From: an uncultured Candidatus Sumerlaeota bacterium
GTDB taxonomy: Bacteria > Sumerlaeota > Sumerlaeia > UBA8349
Direction: 5' to 3'
DNA: 64,000 bases
Assembly (NCBI GenBank): GCA_942493245.1
Contig: OW818685.1
Coordinates: 3,984,493 to 4,048,492, forward strand
The notes below the pieces were generated by a model. It was given only the letters and a program-made list of their open reading frames with translations. It was not told the origin of the DNA and searched no databases. Of the stretch, positions 30,840-40,529 are shown in pieces (positions within the stretch are counted from its first letter, which is position 1; the number at the start of each line of letters is the position of its first letter). The translations under genes and the position numbers were made by a program.

Positions 30840-30945
30840 ACTCACAGAAACGTCTCCCCAAAGCGGATTCTCCAAGGCGCAGCAAATCTCTCACCCCATC
30901 CATACGAGAGGATAGTCCGGAGGAAACGGGAGAAAGGGAACAGAA

Positions 30946-30996
30946 AACCGCGAGTGTCCAGGATTCATCCGGACACTCGCGGTTCTTTGGGAATAC
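30946..30996 (+). terminator. intrinsic terminator-like hairpin (accgcgagtgtcc…ggacactcgcggt, 13-bp stem) followed by ttctttgg
   Basis: It sits between convergent genes (methyltransferase + and flotillin -). A perfect stem is followed by a T-rich tract. Confidence 0.55.
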
Positions 30997-31088
30997 AACC
31001 TGACATGACGCCTTGGCGTGAAAAAAACACAGAAATTCAGGCGCCGTATTTCGGAGGGATTGAGACCCGAACACCCTCGTTCAGAAAT

Positions 31089-32912
31089 TTACGGATTTGA
31101 AACTCTGGCGGAGGGTTTGTTCTCCTTCGCCATCGAATCCTTGAGCAGACCCGCCATCAGGACGTTGATGATCCCGCTACCCGAGTCCCCGGCGCCTCCC
31201 GCCACCACATCCGGCACCAGTTTAAACCCGCTGGCGGCCAGCGCGCGACCCACTTCGATGATGGCGTAATTGCCCTGGCCGACCGCGTCCGTTTTCAACT
31301 GGATGACTTGCGCTTCGGCTTCGCCCACTGCGGTGATCTTCGTTCCCTCGGCGGCGCCGACGGTGGTGAGGACTTCAGCGTCCGCCTTGGCGTTGATTGT
31401 CTTGGACTTCGCGTCGCCTTCCGCCTTCTTGACGGTGGCTTGCGCGTTGAAGTCGGAAATCGTCACACTTCGCTCGGCATCCACGACCCGGGCCTGCGTG
31501 TCGGCCAGAGCGGTGGCCTGCATGAGTTCCTTGCGGGTGTCCTGCGCCAGACGCTGTGTCTCGTAGGTCACCTTCTCCTGTTCGGCGATCTTGCGATCCG
31601 TGAGGGGCTTCATGAGCGCCTCGGGTGGCGTAATATCGCCGATAAGCGTGTCCACCGCGCCGACGTTGTAGTCGATAAGCGCCCGCGTGATCTGATCCTT
31701 GGCATCATTTTGCCGCCGCTGCCGTTCCTTCAGGAAATCAATGACATCGGAACTTTGAGCGGCATTTCGAAAATAGTTGCCGATCGTCGGTTCCAGAACC
31801 TGAGTAACCAGGTTGGCCATGCTCCCAAAGCGCGCAATGACCTTCGGGGCGTCATTACGCGGAACATGGATGATCTGGCTCACATCCAGATTGAACGTGA
31901 AGCCATCGGACGAGCGGACCGTGATGGTCGAAAGGTTGGCGTCGAGCCGGTGCGCTTCGGTCTTACCGGTGGCCCAGTTGAGGACTACATTGGCGGTTGG
32001 GACAATCTCCACGCGGTGCGTATAAGGGTTGATGGGATACTTGCCGGGATCGAGCGGTTCGGCCCAAACCCCCTTCTGGCCCTTCGCGACCAGATTGCCA
32101 TGCTTGAACGACTCCCCCGTCACATCCACACCCGTATCCCCGACATAGGCGATCACCACGCCTGCGTTGGCGATCGGCACATCGGTCATCGGCCGTGTCT
32201 CCACCGTCGCGAAACGCGGATTGAGGAAGTAGCGTCCGGCCAGCATCACCTGCACCTGCAAGCCCTTGTATCCGCCGTTGTTGATGAAAGCCTGGCCATC
32301 CTGGAACATATTGTGTCCCGCGATTTCCTTGCCGGCAATATCGCCGGTCGAAAGAGCCTTGCCTTCACGTGTCGTGACCACCCCGACCATGTTGTCCTCG
32401 ATCTCGAGAACAGGTTCCTGAACAACCGTGAACAAACCCGTGTTGATACGATAGGTTCCCGGAGGAATGATCGTGATCTGAGGTCCGCGTTCACCGCCAT
32501 TGACCAGAAATTCGCGAGCATTCTGAAAAGAATCGCACTCGACTTTCCGGGCCAATACTCGGCCATCCGAAAGCGAGGCGCCGTCTCGCGATTCAACAAC
32601 CCCGATATTTCTTTCATAGATCGTGATGAATTCCTCGACTCGAATCTCGTATTGCCACGGCCAGAACCAGAAATGAATTCCAGGCGCCAAGGTGTCGGCC
32701 TGAATACCCGCTTCGCCGTTCAGGGCGATAATACACCCATCGGGGAGTGTCCGGTTCTTCCCGAACAACACAAACTTCTTGTTGATGACGCCGATGCTGT
32801 CCTGCGGAATGATCACCACGCCGAACAACCGGAGGACGAGTTTGTAACAAGCGAGGACACCCAGGAGGGCAAGAATCCACCAGTATGGCAACAACATCAG
32901 TAGTACGTTCAT
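31089..32912 (-). CDS. flotillin/SPFH (band 7) family protein, YqiK-like
   Basis: An N-terminal TM helix is followed by an SPFH domain and a long Ala/Glu/Lys-rich coiled-coil tail (…AKADAEV…AVGEAEAQV…). The start is taken at MNVLLML rather than the long upstream extension. Confidence 0.85.
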   Translation of the reverse strand: MNVLLMLLPYWWILALLGVLACYKLVLRLFGVVIIPQDSIGVINKKFVLFGKNRTLPDGCIIALNGEAGIQADTLAPGIHFWFWPWQYEIRVEEFITIYERNIGVVESRDGASLSDGRVLARKVECDSFQNAREFLVNGGERGPQITIIPPGTYRINTGLFTVVQEPVLEIEDNMVGVVTTREGKALSTGDIAGKEIAGHNMFQDGQAFINNGGYKGLQVQVMLAGRYFLNPRFATVETRPMTDVPIANAGVVIAYVGDTGVDVTGESFKHGNLVAKGQKGVWAEPLDPGKYPINPYTHRVEIVPTANVVLNWATGKTEAHRLDANLSTITVRSSDGFTFNLDVSQIIHVPRNDAPKVIARFGSMANLVTQVLEPTIGNYFRNAAQSSDVIDFLKERQRRQNDAKDQITRALIDYNVGAVDTLIGDITPPEALMKPLTDRKIAEQEKVTYETQRLAQDTRKELMQATALADTQARVVDAERSVTISDFNAQATVKKAEGDAKSKTINAKADAEVLTTVGAAEGTKITAVGEAEAQVIQLKTDAVGQGNYAIIEVGRALAASGFKLVPDVVAGGAGDSGSGIINVLMAGLLKDSMAKENKPSARVSNP

Positions 32913-33160
32913 GCGCTTTCTTCTCCTTGTCGTTGGATCGGTATGATCCGGGGACGCCTTCCGGAAAAACCGGAAAAACAATTGAGCCTTATACTTTTTT
33001 TCACCCGGAAAAGAATCTGCGAATCGAATCAAGTAATCAAGAGAAATCGAAAATCCGAAGCGCAATCCGTCCGTTTTCAAAACAGAAGACCGCCCATCCA
33101 GAGCGAATGAGCGGTCTCGACTAGACGGTCTTTTCAAGCCTGTTCAGAATCGGGGTGTTA

Positions 33161-35344
33161 TTATTTGGTCCGGACACTCGACCGAACGATGTCCCCTTTT
33201 CCGGCAGGCCCTTGAGCCGGGTCGTAGGGCATTTTGGCCTCATCATTTGCGCCGTCGGGGCCGACGCTCCAAAGCGTCCACTGGGTTCCGTTCTCCGCGA
33301 CGGTGTAGTGGTAGGGTTCCCTTTTGGTCGAGAAAGGATCGTTGGGAACACTCTTGAAGTAGGTCACTTTCTGGCTCAGCTGATCGAGGGATTCCGGATA
33401 GCGCTTGTTGTCAATCCGGTAGGATTCCAGCGCGATGGCGATGTTGCGCAGATCCTTCTCCGATTGCGCGAGGGGTTCCACTTTCTCAGCCGGCTGGGCC
33501 GGGGCCACCGGAGCGGCCGGAGCCACCGGAGCCGGTTGGAGGACCGGCTGGTTGGTCACCGGAGCGGTGCCCGTGGTGGGCGTCGTGCCCGTCGTGGGTG
33601 CGCCAGCCGCCGCTGCCTGCTGCTGGGCCATCATGACCTGCTGGAACACCATCGTGCCTGCCTGCGCGATACCGGTGATAACGGTTCCGGGGATTTTCGT
33701 CTGGATGGCGAACTGGGTGCCTTGAGCGCGCCCAGCGACGGTGACCGGTTCGGCGCCGGCGAACATGGTTTCCACCTGAGCGCTCATCTGGGGATTGGCG
33801 GCGTTGGCCGGCGCCATTTTCTGGACTAACCCGGAGACACTCTTCACCAGCATAGCCACATCGATGTCTGCGTACATCTGCTGGTCGTCGCCGAAGACCT
33901 GCTGCGCCTTGAAGGGCTTGACGGTCGCCTGCTTGCCCGCCTGCAAAGCGTCAATCATTTCCTCAACCTTTTCGCCACCCATGCAGTAGGCGATTTTTTT
34001 GTCCACCACGGCCAGGTCGTACCCGAACTGCGGCCCCATCAGGGCTTCCATCATTTTCGAGATTTCCGCCGGAGCGTTGGTCGTTTGAATTGAGGTGTCG
34101 AAGCGGTGGATGGGGAGGTTTTTGTACTGACGGACGTTCATCTGCATGTTCATCTTCATGGGGATGCCCATCTGCTCGTACGTCTTGAGGAATCCCTGCA
34201 TCTTTTCGGGCGCGGTCTGGAGCATGGTGAGAACCTTTTGCGGATCTTCCACGTCATAGATCATCGAACCGCTCATCAGCGGGGCTCCCGGGATACACAG
34301 ATCCATGACAAATCCGTCCCCATAACTGCTGGTGCTCATCTCGATCATCTCCAGAACCGACTTCTTGGTTTCTTCGGTCAGTTGCATCTGGGCGAAGATC
34401 GCGTTTGCTTCCGCCAGCATGACGTTGTGGATTTCCGGCCCATTGGTGGCCGCCACCATGCGGAACGCGCCCTTGGCGGGAGTCAACTGCATGAGCGACT
34501 TGATGGGTTTTGTGGGCGCCGCGAACAGTTTGGCCAGGTTCGTGTTGGGCAGCGCGTCAAACGTCAACGCAAGTCCCAGATCGCCATTGGCGGGGCTAAC
34601 TTCGAGGTCGAGCGTCTTGAGTTGTTTCAGGAGCGAGACAAAAACCCGAAATTCGGCGTCGAGAATCTGTTGCTGAGCCTTCATCCCCTCGGGTGTGACG
34701 GCGATGCCCGCCGGAGCCGTTTTCTGCTGTTGTTGCGCAGTGGCGATGGTTTGCAGCATGCCTTGCATCATCGGCTCGAGCATGGTGGCGGCGCTGGTAG
34801 CGTTGAGCGAGACTTTCAAAGCGGGTTTGCCCGTGCCCGCAAAGAGACGGCTCTTGACGGCCGGGGCCAGTTGCGTGGCGAGATTGGCCATGGTCGGGTC
34901 GGACGAGGTGGCCAACAGATCCCCCGCGAGAACCGTCCCGGGCGCTTTCGCCTTGGCGGCCTGCAGGTAGGCGTCCCGCTGAGCGGGGGCGACCTGGGCA
35001 AACATCAACATCGTGTTGGGGGGCATGATCACCATCGCGACGCCGGTTCCCGGCGCGAATCCCTGCAATTGCGGATCGCCGAACTGGCCGCCGATCATGG
35101 CTTTGAAACTTTCCGCGGTCATGGTCGGTTGTATCTTGGTAGCAACCGATGCGAGATTGTTGATAAATCCGGGCAGATCGCCCACACTGATGGTGACAAT
35201 GGCGTTTTCGAGACCGGGCGACCCGGCGGCCGGAGCTGCTGGGGAAGCAGGGGCCTGCGCCCGCGCGGAAACCACGCCCAAAACTTGCAGAGTTACCAAA
35301 ATACAGAACAATGAGAACCACTTTTTGCGCATCATCTGATGCAT
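33161..35344 (-). CDS. secreted Met/Gln/Ala-rich protein with C-terminal T2SS GspG-like pseudopilin head domain
   Basis: A signal peptide is present (MRKKWFSLFCILVTLQVLGVVSARAQA). Many Met-rich runs occur (MKMNMQMNVRQ, MLEPMMQGMLQ). A Pro/Thr/Ala low-complexity linker leads to a C-terminus matching the GspG globular fold (ALESYRIDNKRYPESL…DPFSTKREPYHYT…WSVGPDGANDE). Confidence 0.75.
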   Translation of the reverse strand: MHQMMRKKWFSLFCILVTLQVLGVVSARAQAPASPAAPAAGSPGLENAIVTISVGDLPGFINNLASVATKIQPTMTAESFKAMIGGQFGDPQLQGFAPGTGVAMVIMPPNTMLMFAQVAPAQRDAYLQAAKAKAPGTVLAGDLLATSSDPTMANLATQLAPAVKSRLFAGTGKPALKVSLNATSAATMLEPMMQGMLQTIATAQQQQKTAPAGIAVTPEGMKAQQQILDAEFRVFVSLLKQLKTLDLEVSPANGDLGLALTFDALPNTNLAKLFAAPTKPIKSLMQLTPAKGAFRMVAATNGPEIHNVMLAEANAIFAQMQLTEETKKSVLEMIEMSTSSYGDGFVMDLCIPGAPLMSGSMIYDVEDPQKVLTMLQTAPEKMQGFLKTYEQMGIPMKMNMQMNVRQYKNLPIHRFDTSIQTTNAPAEISKMMEALMGPQFGYDLAVVDKKIAYCMGGEKVEEMIDALQAGKQATVKPFKAQQVFGDDQQMYADIDVAMLVKSVSGLVQKMAPANAANPQMSAQVETMFAGAEPVTVAGRAQGTQFAIQTKIPGTVITGIAQAGTMVFQQVMMAQQQAAAAGAPTTGTTPTTGTAPVTNQPVLQPAPVAPAAPVAPAQPAEKVEPLAQSEKDLRNIAIALESYRIDNKRYPESLDQLSQKVTYFKSVPNDPFSTKREPYHYTVAENGTQWTLWSVGPDGANDEAKMPYDPAQGPAGKGDIVRSSVRTK

Positions 35345-35806
35345 TCCTCCCTTCGAATAATCACAACTTGGGGTTTTCTCACGTAAAGCGAGAGCATTCT
35401 ATCAAGGATCGGGAGGCCATTGCACGAAAAAACACGCGATTGCCTCTCGATTATCCTTTCCGGGCGCTGTAGAAGCACTTTTCGAGCCAACTGCTTTCTA
35501 TTCGATAAGTCATCTGATTTCAGTCATACAGAAAGTCCTTTAGAATCGTCAAGGCGCGGACGGCTGGCGAAACCCGCCACTTGGTGGCCGATAGGACCAC
35601 AACCAATCGAGTTCTGACCCTCGATTTCCCGATAGGTTCCCCGGAAACATCACGTTGACGCGAGAACAAAGCGAAATGGCTGTCATTTTTCAGACCGGGG
35701 TTTCGATCGGTGTTTCAGGGACAGCAAGTGGGAACACGGAATATCGCAACGACCCGATCTTCGGCGTTGCGCAAATCTCAGGGTGTCCCCTATTAGAGAG
35801 TGTCCC

Positions 35807-36907
35807 TTATTCTTCCTCGAACAGATCGCCCGTTTCACCGCTGTAGGCGGCGGGGCCGCTGGGGTATCGCAGCCCCAGGTGTTCCCACGCCCGGCGGGTG
35901 GCGACGCGGCCCTGCGGCGTGCGGTTGAGGTAACCGATCTGAATCAGGAACGGCTCGAAGACTTCCTCGAGGGTTTCGGGATCTTCGCTCATGGCCACAG
36001 CGAGCGACTTGACCCCGACCGGACCACCGTCGAATTTCTCGATCAGGGTTCGCAGGAAAAGGTAGTCGGTGTCGTCGAGACCCAGTTCGTCCACCTGGAG
36101 CAATTGCATGGCGGCGCGGGCCACATCGCCCGAAATAACACCGTCGGCCCGCACCTGCGCATAGTCGCGAGCGCGCGACAGAAGGCGGTTGGCGATGCGG
36201 GGCGTCTGACGGGCACGCGTGGCCAGTTCGCGGGCGCCCTCCTCGGTCAGTTGCACCTGAAGCACGCGCGCCGAACGCAGCAGGATACTCACCATTTCGT
36301 CCACACTGTAGAATTGCAGACGGTGCGTAATGGGGAACCGGTCGCGCAGGGGCGAGGTGAGCATGCCCGTGCGTGTGGTCGCGCCCACGAGCGTGAAGGG
36401 TTGCAGGGGAATCTGGATGGAGCGCCCGTGCGGCCCCTGGTCCACGATGATGTCTATGACATAGTCTTCCATCGCGGGGTAAAGACACTCTTCCACAACG
36501 CGTCCCATGCGGTGGATTTCGTCAATGAAGAGCACGTCCCCTTCTTCCAGGTTGGTCAGAATGCCGGCCAAATCGGCCCGCTTCTCGAGCACCGGTCCGG
36601 CCGTGCAGTGGATGCGTGTCCCCATTTCATGGGCGATGATGTGCGCCAGGGTGGTTTTACCCAATCCGGGCGGACCGTAGAGGAGGGCATGGTCGAGCGA
36701 CTCGCCACGCTTGCGCGCGGCCTCGATGGCCAGCGCCATCTGCTCGACCAGGCGTTCCTGGCCCGTGAACTCCGTGAGCCGTTGTGGACGCAGCGTCCGC
36801 TCGAGTTTTTCGTCGGCGGTCTCAACCCCCGGCGCCACGAGGCGGCTGTCCTGTTCGGACTCCACTGTTTTCTTGCTCTGTGCCTTGCCCATTTCCGCTT
36901 CCTTCAT
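35807..36907 (-). CDS. ruvB: Holliday junction branch-migration helicase RuvB
   Basis: RuvB signatures are clear: LRPQRLTEFTGQE, Walker A GPPGLGKTT, FIDEIHR and the sensor regions. Confidence 0.95.
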   Translation of the reverse strand: MKEAEMGKAQSKKTVESEQDSRLVAPGVETADEKLERTLRPQRLTEFTGQERLVEQMALAIEAARKRGESLDHALLYGPPGLGKTTLAHIIAHEMGTRIHCTAGPVLEKRADLAGILTNLEEGDVLFIDEIHRMGRVVEECLYPAMEDYVIDIIVDQGPHGRSIQIPLQPFTLVGATTRTGMLTSPLRDRFPITHRLQFYSVDEMVSILLRSARVLQVQLTEEGARELATRARQTPRIANRLLSRARDYAQVRADGVISGDVARAAMQLLQVDELGLDDTDYLFLRTLIEKFDGGPVGVKSLAVAMSEDPETLEEVFEPFLIQIGYLNRTPQGRVATRRAWEHLGLRYPSGPAAYSGETGDLFEEE

Positions 36908-36990
36908 TTGAAACCGTTTTCTTCGGACTACGATCTCCTGGAATCTTCACGAACCGCGAAATTTCTCCATATTTATCTGTGTCTATCCGT

Positions 36991-37005
36991 GTTCATCTGT
37001 GGTTC
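36991..37005. promoter_or_regulatory. GTTC-N7-GTTC direct repeat embedded in a triple ATCTGTG/ATCCGTG array ~85 nt upstream of ruvB
   Basis: The sequence reads tttATCTGTGtctATCCGTGttcATCTGTGgttcc, with heptamers spaced 10-11 nt apart. The GTTC-N7-GTTC pattern resembles the alphaproteobacterial SOS box. Its relevance in this taxon is unknown. Confidence 0.25.
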
Positions 37006-37110
37006 CAAAAATCGGTTCCTTATGTTTTTGCGCATTCGCGGGTTGACTTGATCTCTTCCCAACGGCCATTTTACTCGCAGATCCATCTCGTTCTGAATGC
37101 GGCTTTGGGA

Positions 37111-37998
37111 TCAGGCACCCGGTAGAGCCGCAAACATGACCTGCAGGTCCGGTTCCACGCCCGTCCAGAGACGGAAGGACGCGGCGCCCTGACGCACGAG
37201 CATCCCCAGTCCGTCGAGCGTCTTACATCCCCGTTCAGCCGCCTGACGCAACCACGCGGTCGAACGTTGCGCGGTGTAGGCTGCGTCGAAAACCATCATG
37301 CCCTCGCGCAAATACTCCGGATCGCAGGGCATCGGGTCTGTTTCGCGCAACCCCAGCGACGTGGCGTTGGTCACCAGATCGGCAGACTCGAGGTGGCCCC
37401 GCAACGCGTCTCCCGATTCCGCATCCTGCGCGAGCGTCTGGATGCGAGCCTCGGGGAAAAGTTGCCGCAGATCGGCGGCCAGCGCTTCGGCCTTCTCTCG
37501 CGTGCGGTTCACCAGAACCAATTCCCGCGCGCCGGAACGAACTGCGCCCAGCGCCATGCCGCGTCCCGCGCCACCCGCGCCCAACTGGACCACTTTCTTT
37601 CCATAAAACTCGAACTCACCGTCCCGGCGCAGGGTTTCCACGTATCCTTCCACGTCGGTGTTGGTCCCGTAGATAGAACCGTCCTCGCGAAACGAGAGGG
37701 TGTTGACGGCCCCGACCAGCCGCGCCTCCTCGCTTGTCTCATCGCACAACTCGAGCGCGGCGTGCTTGTGGGGAACGGTGCAATTCAACCCCACCATGCC
37801 GGCGTCGGCCAGTCCCCGCGCGGCTTTCCCGAACGACTCCGGCGGAATCGGAAACGCCAGATACACATAGTCCAGCCCGGCGGCGCACAGGGCCGCGTTC
37901 TGCATCCGGGGCGAGAGCGAATGATGCACCGGCCACCCGGCGACGCCGAGCAGCCGGGTCTCGGCAGAGATCGAACGCGGTGGGTATTCGAGACTCAT
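37111..37998 (-). CDS. aroE: shikimate dehydrogenase
   Basis: AroE motifs are present (LLGVAGWPVHHSLSPRMQNAA…, GLNCTVPHK, GAVNT, GAGGAGRG Rossmann). The start at ATG 37998 overlaps the upstream gene stop by 4 nt. Confidence 0.9.
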   Translation of the reverse strand: MSLEYPPRSISAETRLLGVAGWPVHHSLSPRMQNAALCAAGLDYVYLAFPIPPESFGKAARGLADAGMVGLNCTVPHKHAALELCDETSEEARLVGAVNTLSFREDGSIYGTNTDVEGYVETLRRDGEFEFYGKKVVQLGAGGAGRGMALGAVRSGARELVLVNRTREKAEALAADLRQLFPEARIQTLAQDAESGDALRGHLESADLVTNATSLGLRETDPMPCDPEYLREGMMVFDAAYTAQRSTAWLRQAAERGCKTLDGLGMLVRQGAASFRLWTGVEPDLQVMFAALPGA

Positions 37999-39920
37999 TT
38001 CCCGCCCGCCTGAGCGCGAAGCGCCTGCCCCGTCCAGTATTTGTGAACCATCACCAACGCCGCCGCCGAGAAAGGCGAGGCGAGGGGATCGAGCGACGAC
38101 GTCTGTTCCGTCACCACGAGGTTTTCTTTCTGTGTGACGCGTTTGATGGTGGGGAACGCCTGTTTGGCGAACGGGGTCAGGGGCGGAAAGGACGCCACCA
38201 CCCACGAGGGCAATTCAGGAACACCCGAGGCCTGAAGCTGGGTATTGACCATCGGAACCAGCAACGGCAGCATGCTGTTGATCTGGCTCAGGAGCGGAGC
38301 CGGATTGCTGTAGAGCCGCTCGACCACGCGCATCCTCCGGGGAACTCTCCCGAAGGGCTTGTCCAGTTCGGGAAGCAGAGGTTTGGCCAGTTTCTCCAAG
38401 GCCTCATCGTCTCCCGACTTGATCGCATCCGCGCGGTCCTGGCGCCATTTCAGAAAATCTTTCAACCAGTTGTCGCTGGTCGAGATCATCAGGAATCCAT
38501 CAATCTTGCCCGTGTAGATTTTGATGTTGATCTTCGAGAATTCCTGAATCTGGTATCCGTAGGACAGGAACGAGGCTTGCTGCACCTTGAGGTTCGTGGT
38601 CTTGCGAATCTGCTCGAGCACCAGATCCAGCAACTTTTCGTCCTTGATTTCCCACAGAAACGCCATATCGGGCGTCGAACCGACCTGGTTGGTGAAAATC
38701 GCCACTTCGTTACCCAAAGCCGAGAGCAACTGGTTCGGTTCCACACCGAGTTTTTCCACGAATCCCTCGTGAATCTTCTCGAACAGATCGTCCATTTCGG
38801 GGAAGGCTTTGGTCAAACTGGTCTGACAGAGGTCCTTGATCTCGCGCGGCGCACGGATGCGCATGCCCGAGTACTCGGCGATTCCCTCGCGCGCCCACTC
38901 GGGCGTACGCAGGGGAGCGGTGGTGTCGCCCAGAGGCAACAGACCCGTTGTTTTACCCCGGAACGAGGCCGTCTCGCGCATCTCAAACGCCTTCCCCTGC
39001 ATCGTGTACACCGAGAGGATCTGGTCGAGGTTCTGAAGGCCGATGGTCTCCAGAAGGATGCGAATGCGACTCCAGAACTCGCCTTTATTCGCGTTCTGCA
39101 ACCCGCGTTCTGCGACGGCGGTCAACACGTCGTAACTGCGGGCCGCGTTGCAATAGCACCACGCATCCACGCCGCTCCGCGTCTGCTTCGCCACCTGTTT
39201 CCACTGCGCGCTCTGAGCCAGCGCCGGGGTGGCCGAATTTTTCAGTTTGAGACGGCGCGACAGCAGGTCGTTCATGGCCTCGGGCGACGAGGCCAGCACA
39301 CAGGTTTCGTCCACCCAGGCGGAACACAACTGGACCGGGCATTCCTTAAAATCGGCGTGGAGGGTGATTTCGGGTAGTTTCGGAGAAGTCCCTTCCGGAC
39401 GCGCCCAGACGCCCCGGGCGGTCTTGGCGACGAGTTCGCGCGCCTTGGCCGCATTTTCGCCAAAGTCGGCCATTGCATAAAAACGCACGTCAGGCAGCTG
39501 GACGCCGGTCTTCGGGGCATTGGCGTCGGCGGCTTTCTCGCGCAATTCCACAGCCACCAACAACTGTCCCTGAACCGAATCGAGCAGGGGCAGCCCCTCA
39601 CTCAGTCCCACGCTGGTCATCAGATCTTTCACCGCCATGTCGAAATGCAGACCGCGCCAGTAGTCCATGGCCGGGTCCTGCCACGCCTGGCCGGACGCCG
39701 TCTCCTGCCACCGCGCCCGCGCCGTCGTCATATCGGGGATCTGCGCCACCAGGACGGTATCCTCCGAAAGCCACCGCTCCGGCCCTTCCATGCCGTGGCG
39801 GGGGGAAAACATCGAACAGCCGCTCAACGACCCCAGGACTGACAACAACAGCAACAGCGAGATGGTCTGCGTTTTCAGGAAGTGCCCCACGCGCGTTTTT
39901 CGCTCAGACGGTTCCAACAT
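37995..39920 (-). CDS. hypothetical lipoprotein (~640 aa), translationally coupled to aroE
   Basis: A lipobox is present (LLLLLSVLGSLSGCSM). No recognisable catalytic motifs are seen. The 4-nt overlap TGA/ATG with aroE suggests an operon lipoprotein-aroE-ruvB. Confidence 0.65.
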   Translation of the reverse strand: MLEPSERKTRVGHFLKTQTISLLLLLSVLGSLSGCSMFSPRHGMEGPERWLSEDTVLVAQIPDMTTARARWQETASGQAWQDPAMDYWRGLHFDMAVKDLMTSVGLSEGLPLLDSVQGQLLVAVELREKAADANAPKTGVQLPDVRFYAMADFGENAAKARELVAKTARGVWARPEGTSPKLPEITLHADFKECPVQLCSAWVDETCVLASSPEAMNDLLSRRLKLKNSATPALAQSAQWKQVAKQTRSGVDAWCYCNAARSYDVLTAVAERGLQNANKGEFWSRIRILLETIGLQNLDQILSVYTMQGKAFEMRETASFRGKTTGLLPLGDTTAPLRTPEWAREGIAEYSGMRIRAPREIKDLCQTSLTKAFPEMDDLFEKIHEGFVEKLGVEPNQLLSALGNEVAIFTNQVGSTPDMAFLWEIKDEKLLDLVLEQIRKTTNLKVQQASFLSYGYQIQEFSKINIKIYTGKIDGFLMISTSDNWLKDFLKWRQDRADAIKSGDDEALEKLAKPLLPELDKPFGRVPRRMRVVERLYSNPAPLLSQINSMLPLLVPMVNTQLQASGVPELPSWVVASFPPLTPFAKQAFPTIKRVTQKENLVVTEQTSSLDPLASPFSAAALVMVHKYWTGQALRAQAGGK

Positions 39921-40166
39921 GACTTCAGTACCCCCTCTTCGGTTTTCTGCTCGGAGCAGATGGACTGGATTCTCTGTATTGGGGAAAGAGAGAAGTGCGT
40001 TCAAACTTCGTTCCGGTATGTTTTGCCACCTTCCGGGATACACCCTTCTCGCGATCAGCCTACAGGCAAAGTCCCGGTCTTCTCAACCGAAAAAAATCGC
40101 AACTACTGCTTGACACGGTATATCGTATTGCGATATACTCCATTCCAGAGTAAAAAGGAGGCCAAA

Positions 40167-40529
40167 ATGACCGAGACTCCTTCCGTTTCCAATTGGCGCA
40201 CTCAGCTGCGAAAAGGCTTTCTCGATTTGTGCGTCTTGAACTGCCTGAATGTGCGCGAGTATTACGGGTACGACTTGGTGCAGAAACTCAAACAGATCGA
40301 GGGCGCCGCGATCCGGGAAGGCATCGTGTACCCGATTCTGGCTCGCATGCAGGAGGACGGGTTCGTGACCAGTGAGAAACGGCCTTCCACTTCCGGTCCG
40401 CCGCGCAAGTATTACCAGATCACTCCGGCAGGCCAAGCCGTTTTGCAGGAAATGAACGAAATCTGGCGCCAGATGATGGCCGCAATGGATGTGGCGCTGA
40501 ACAGCGAGGAGGAGAGGACAGATGTCTGA
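40167..40529 (+). CDS. PadR family transcriptional regulator
   Basis: A winged-HTH PadR core is present (LDLCVLNCLNVREYYGYDLVQKL…GIVYPILARMQEDGFV…RKYYQITPAGQ). AAGGAGG lies upstream of the ATG. Confidence 0.85.
   Translation: MTETPSVSNWRTQLRKGFLDLCVLNCLNVREYYGYDLVQKLKQIEGAAIREGIVYPILARMQEDGFVTSEKRPSTSGPPRKYYQITPAGQAVLQEMNEIWRQMMAAMDVALNSEEERTDV

Noticed and set aside
33072-33116. Intrinsic terminator after the 727-aa gene (agaccgc…gcggtct + CUGUUUU on minus strand)
   Set aside because: The stem is only 7 bp with a 17-nt loop, too weak to call confidently. It is mentioned only as a possibility.
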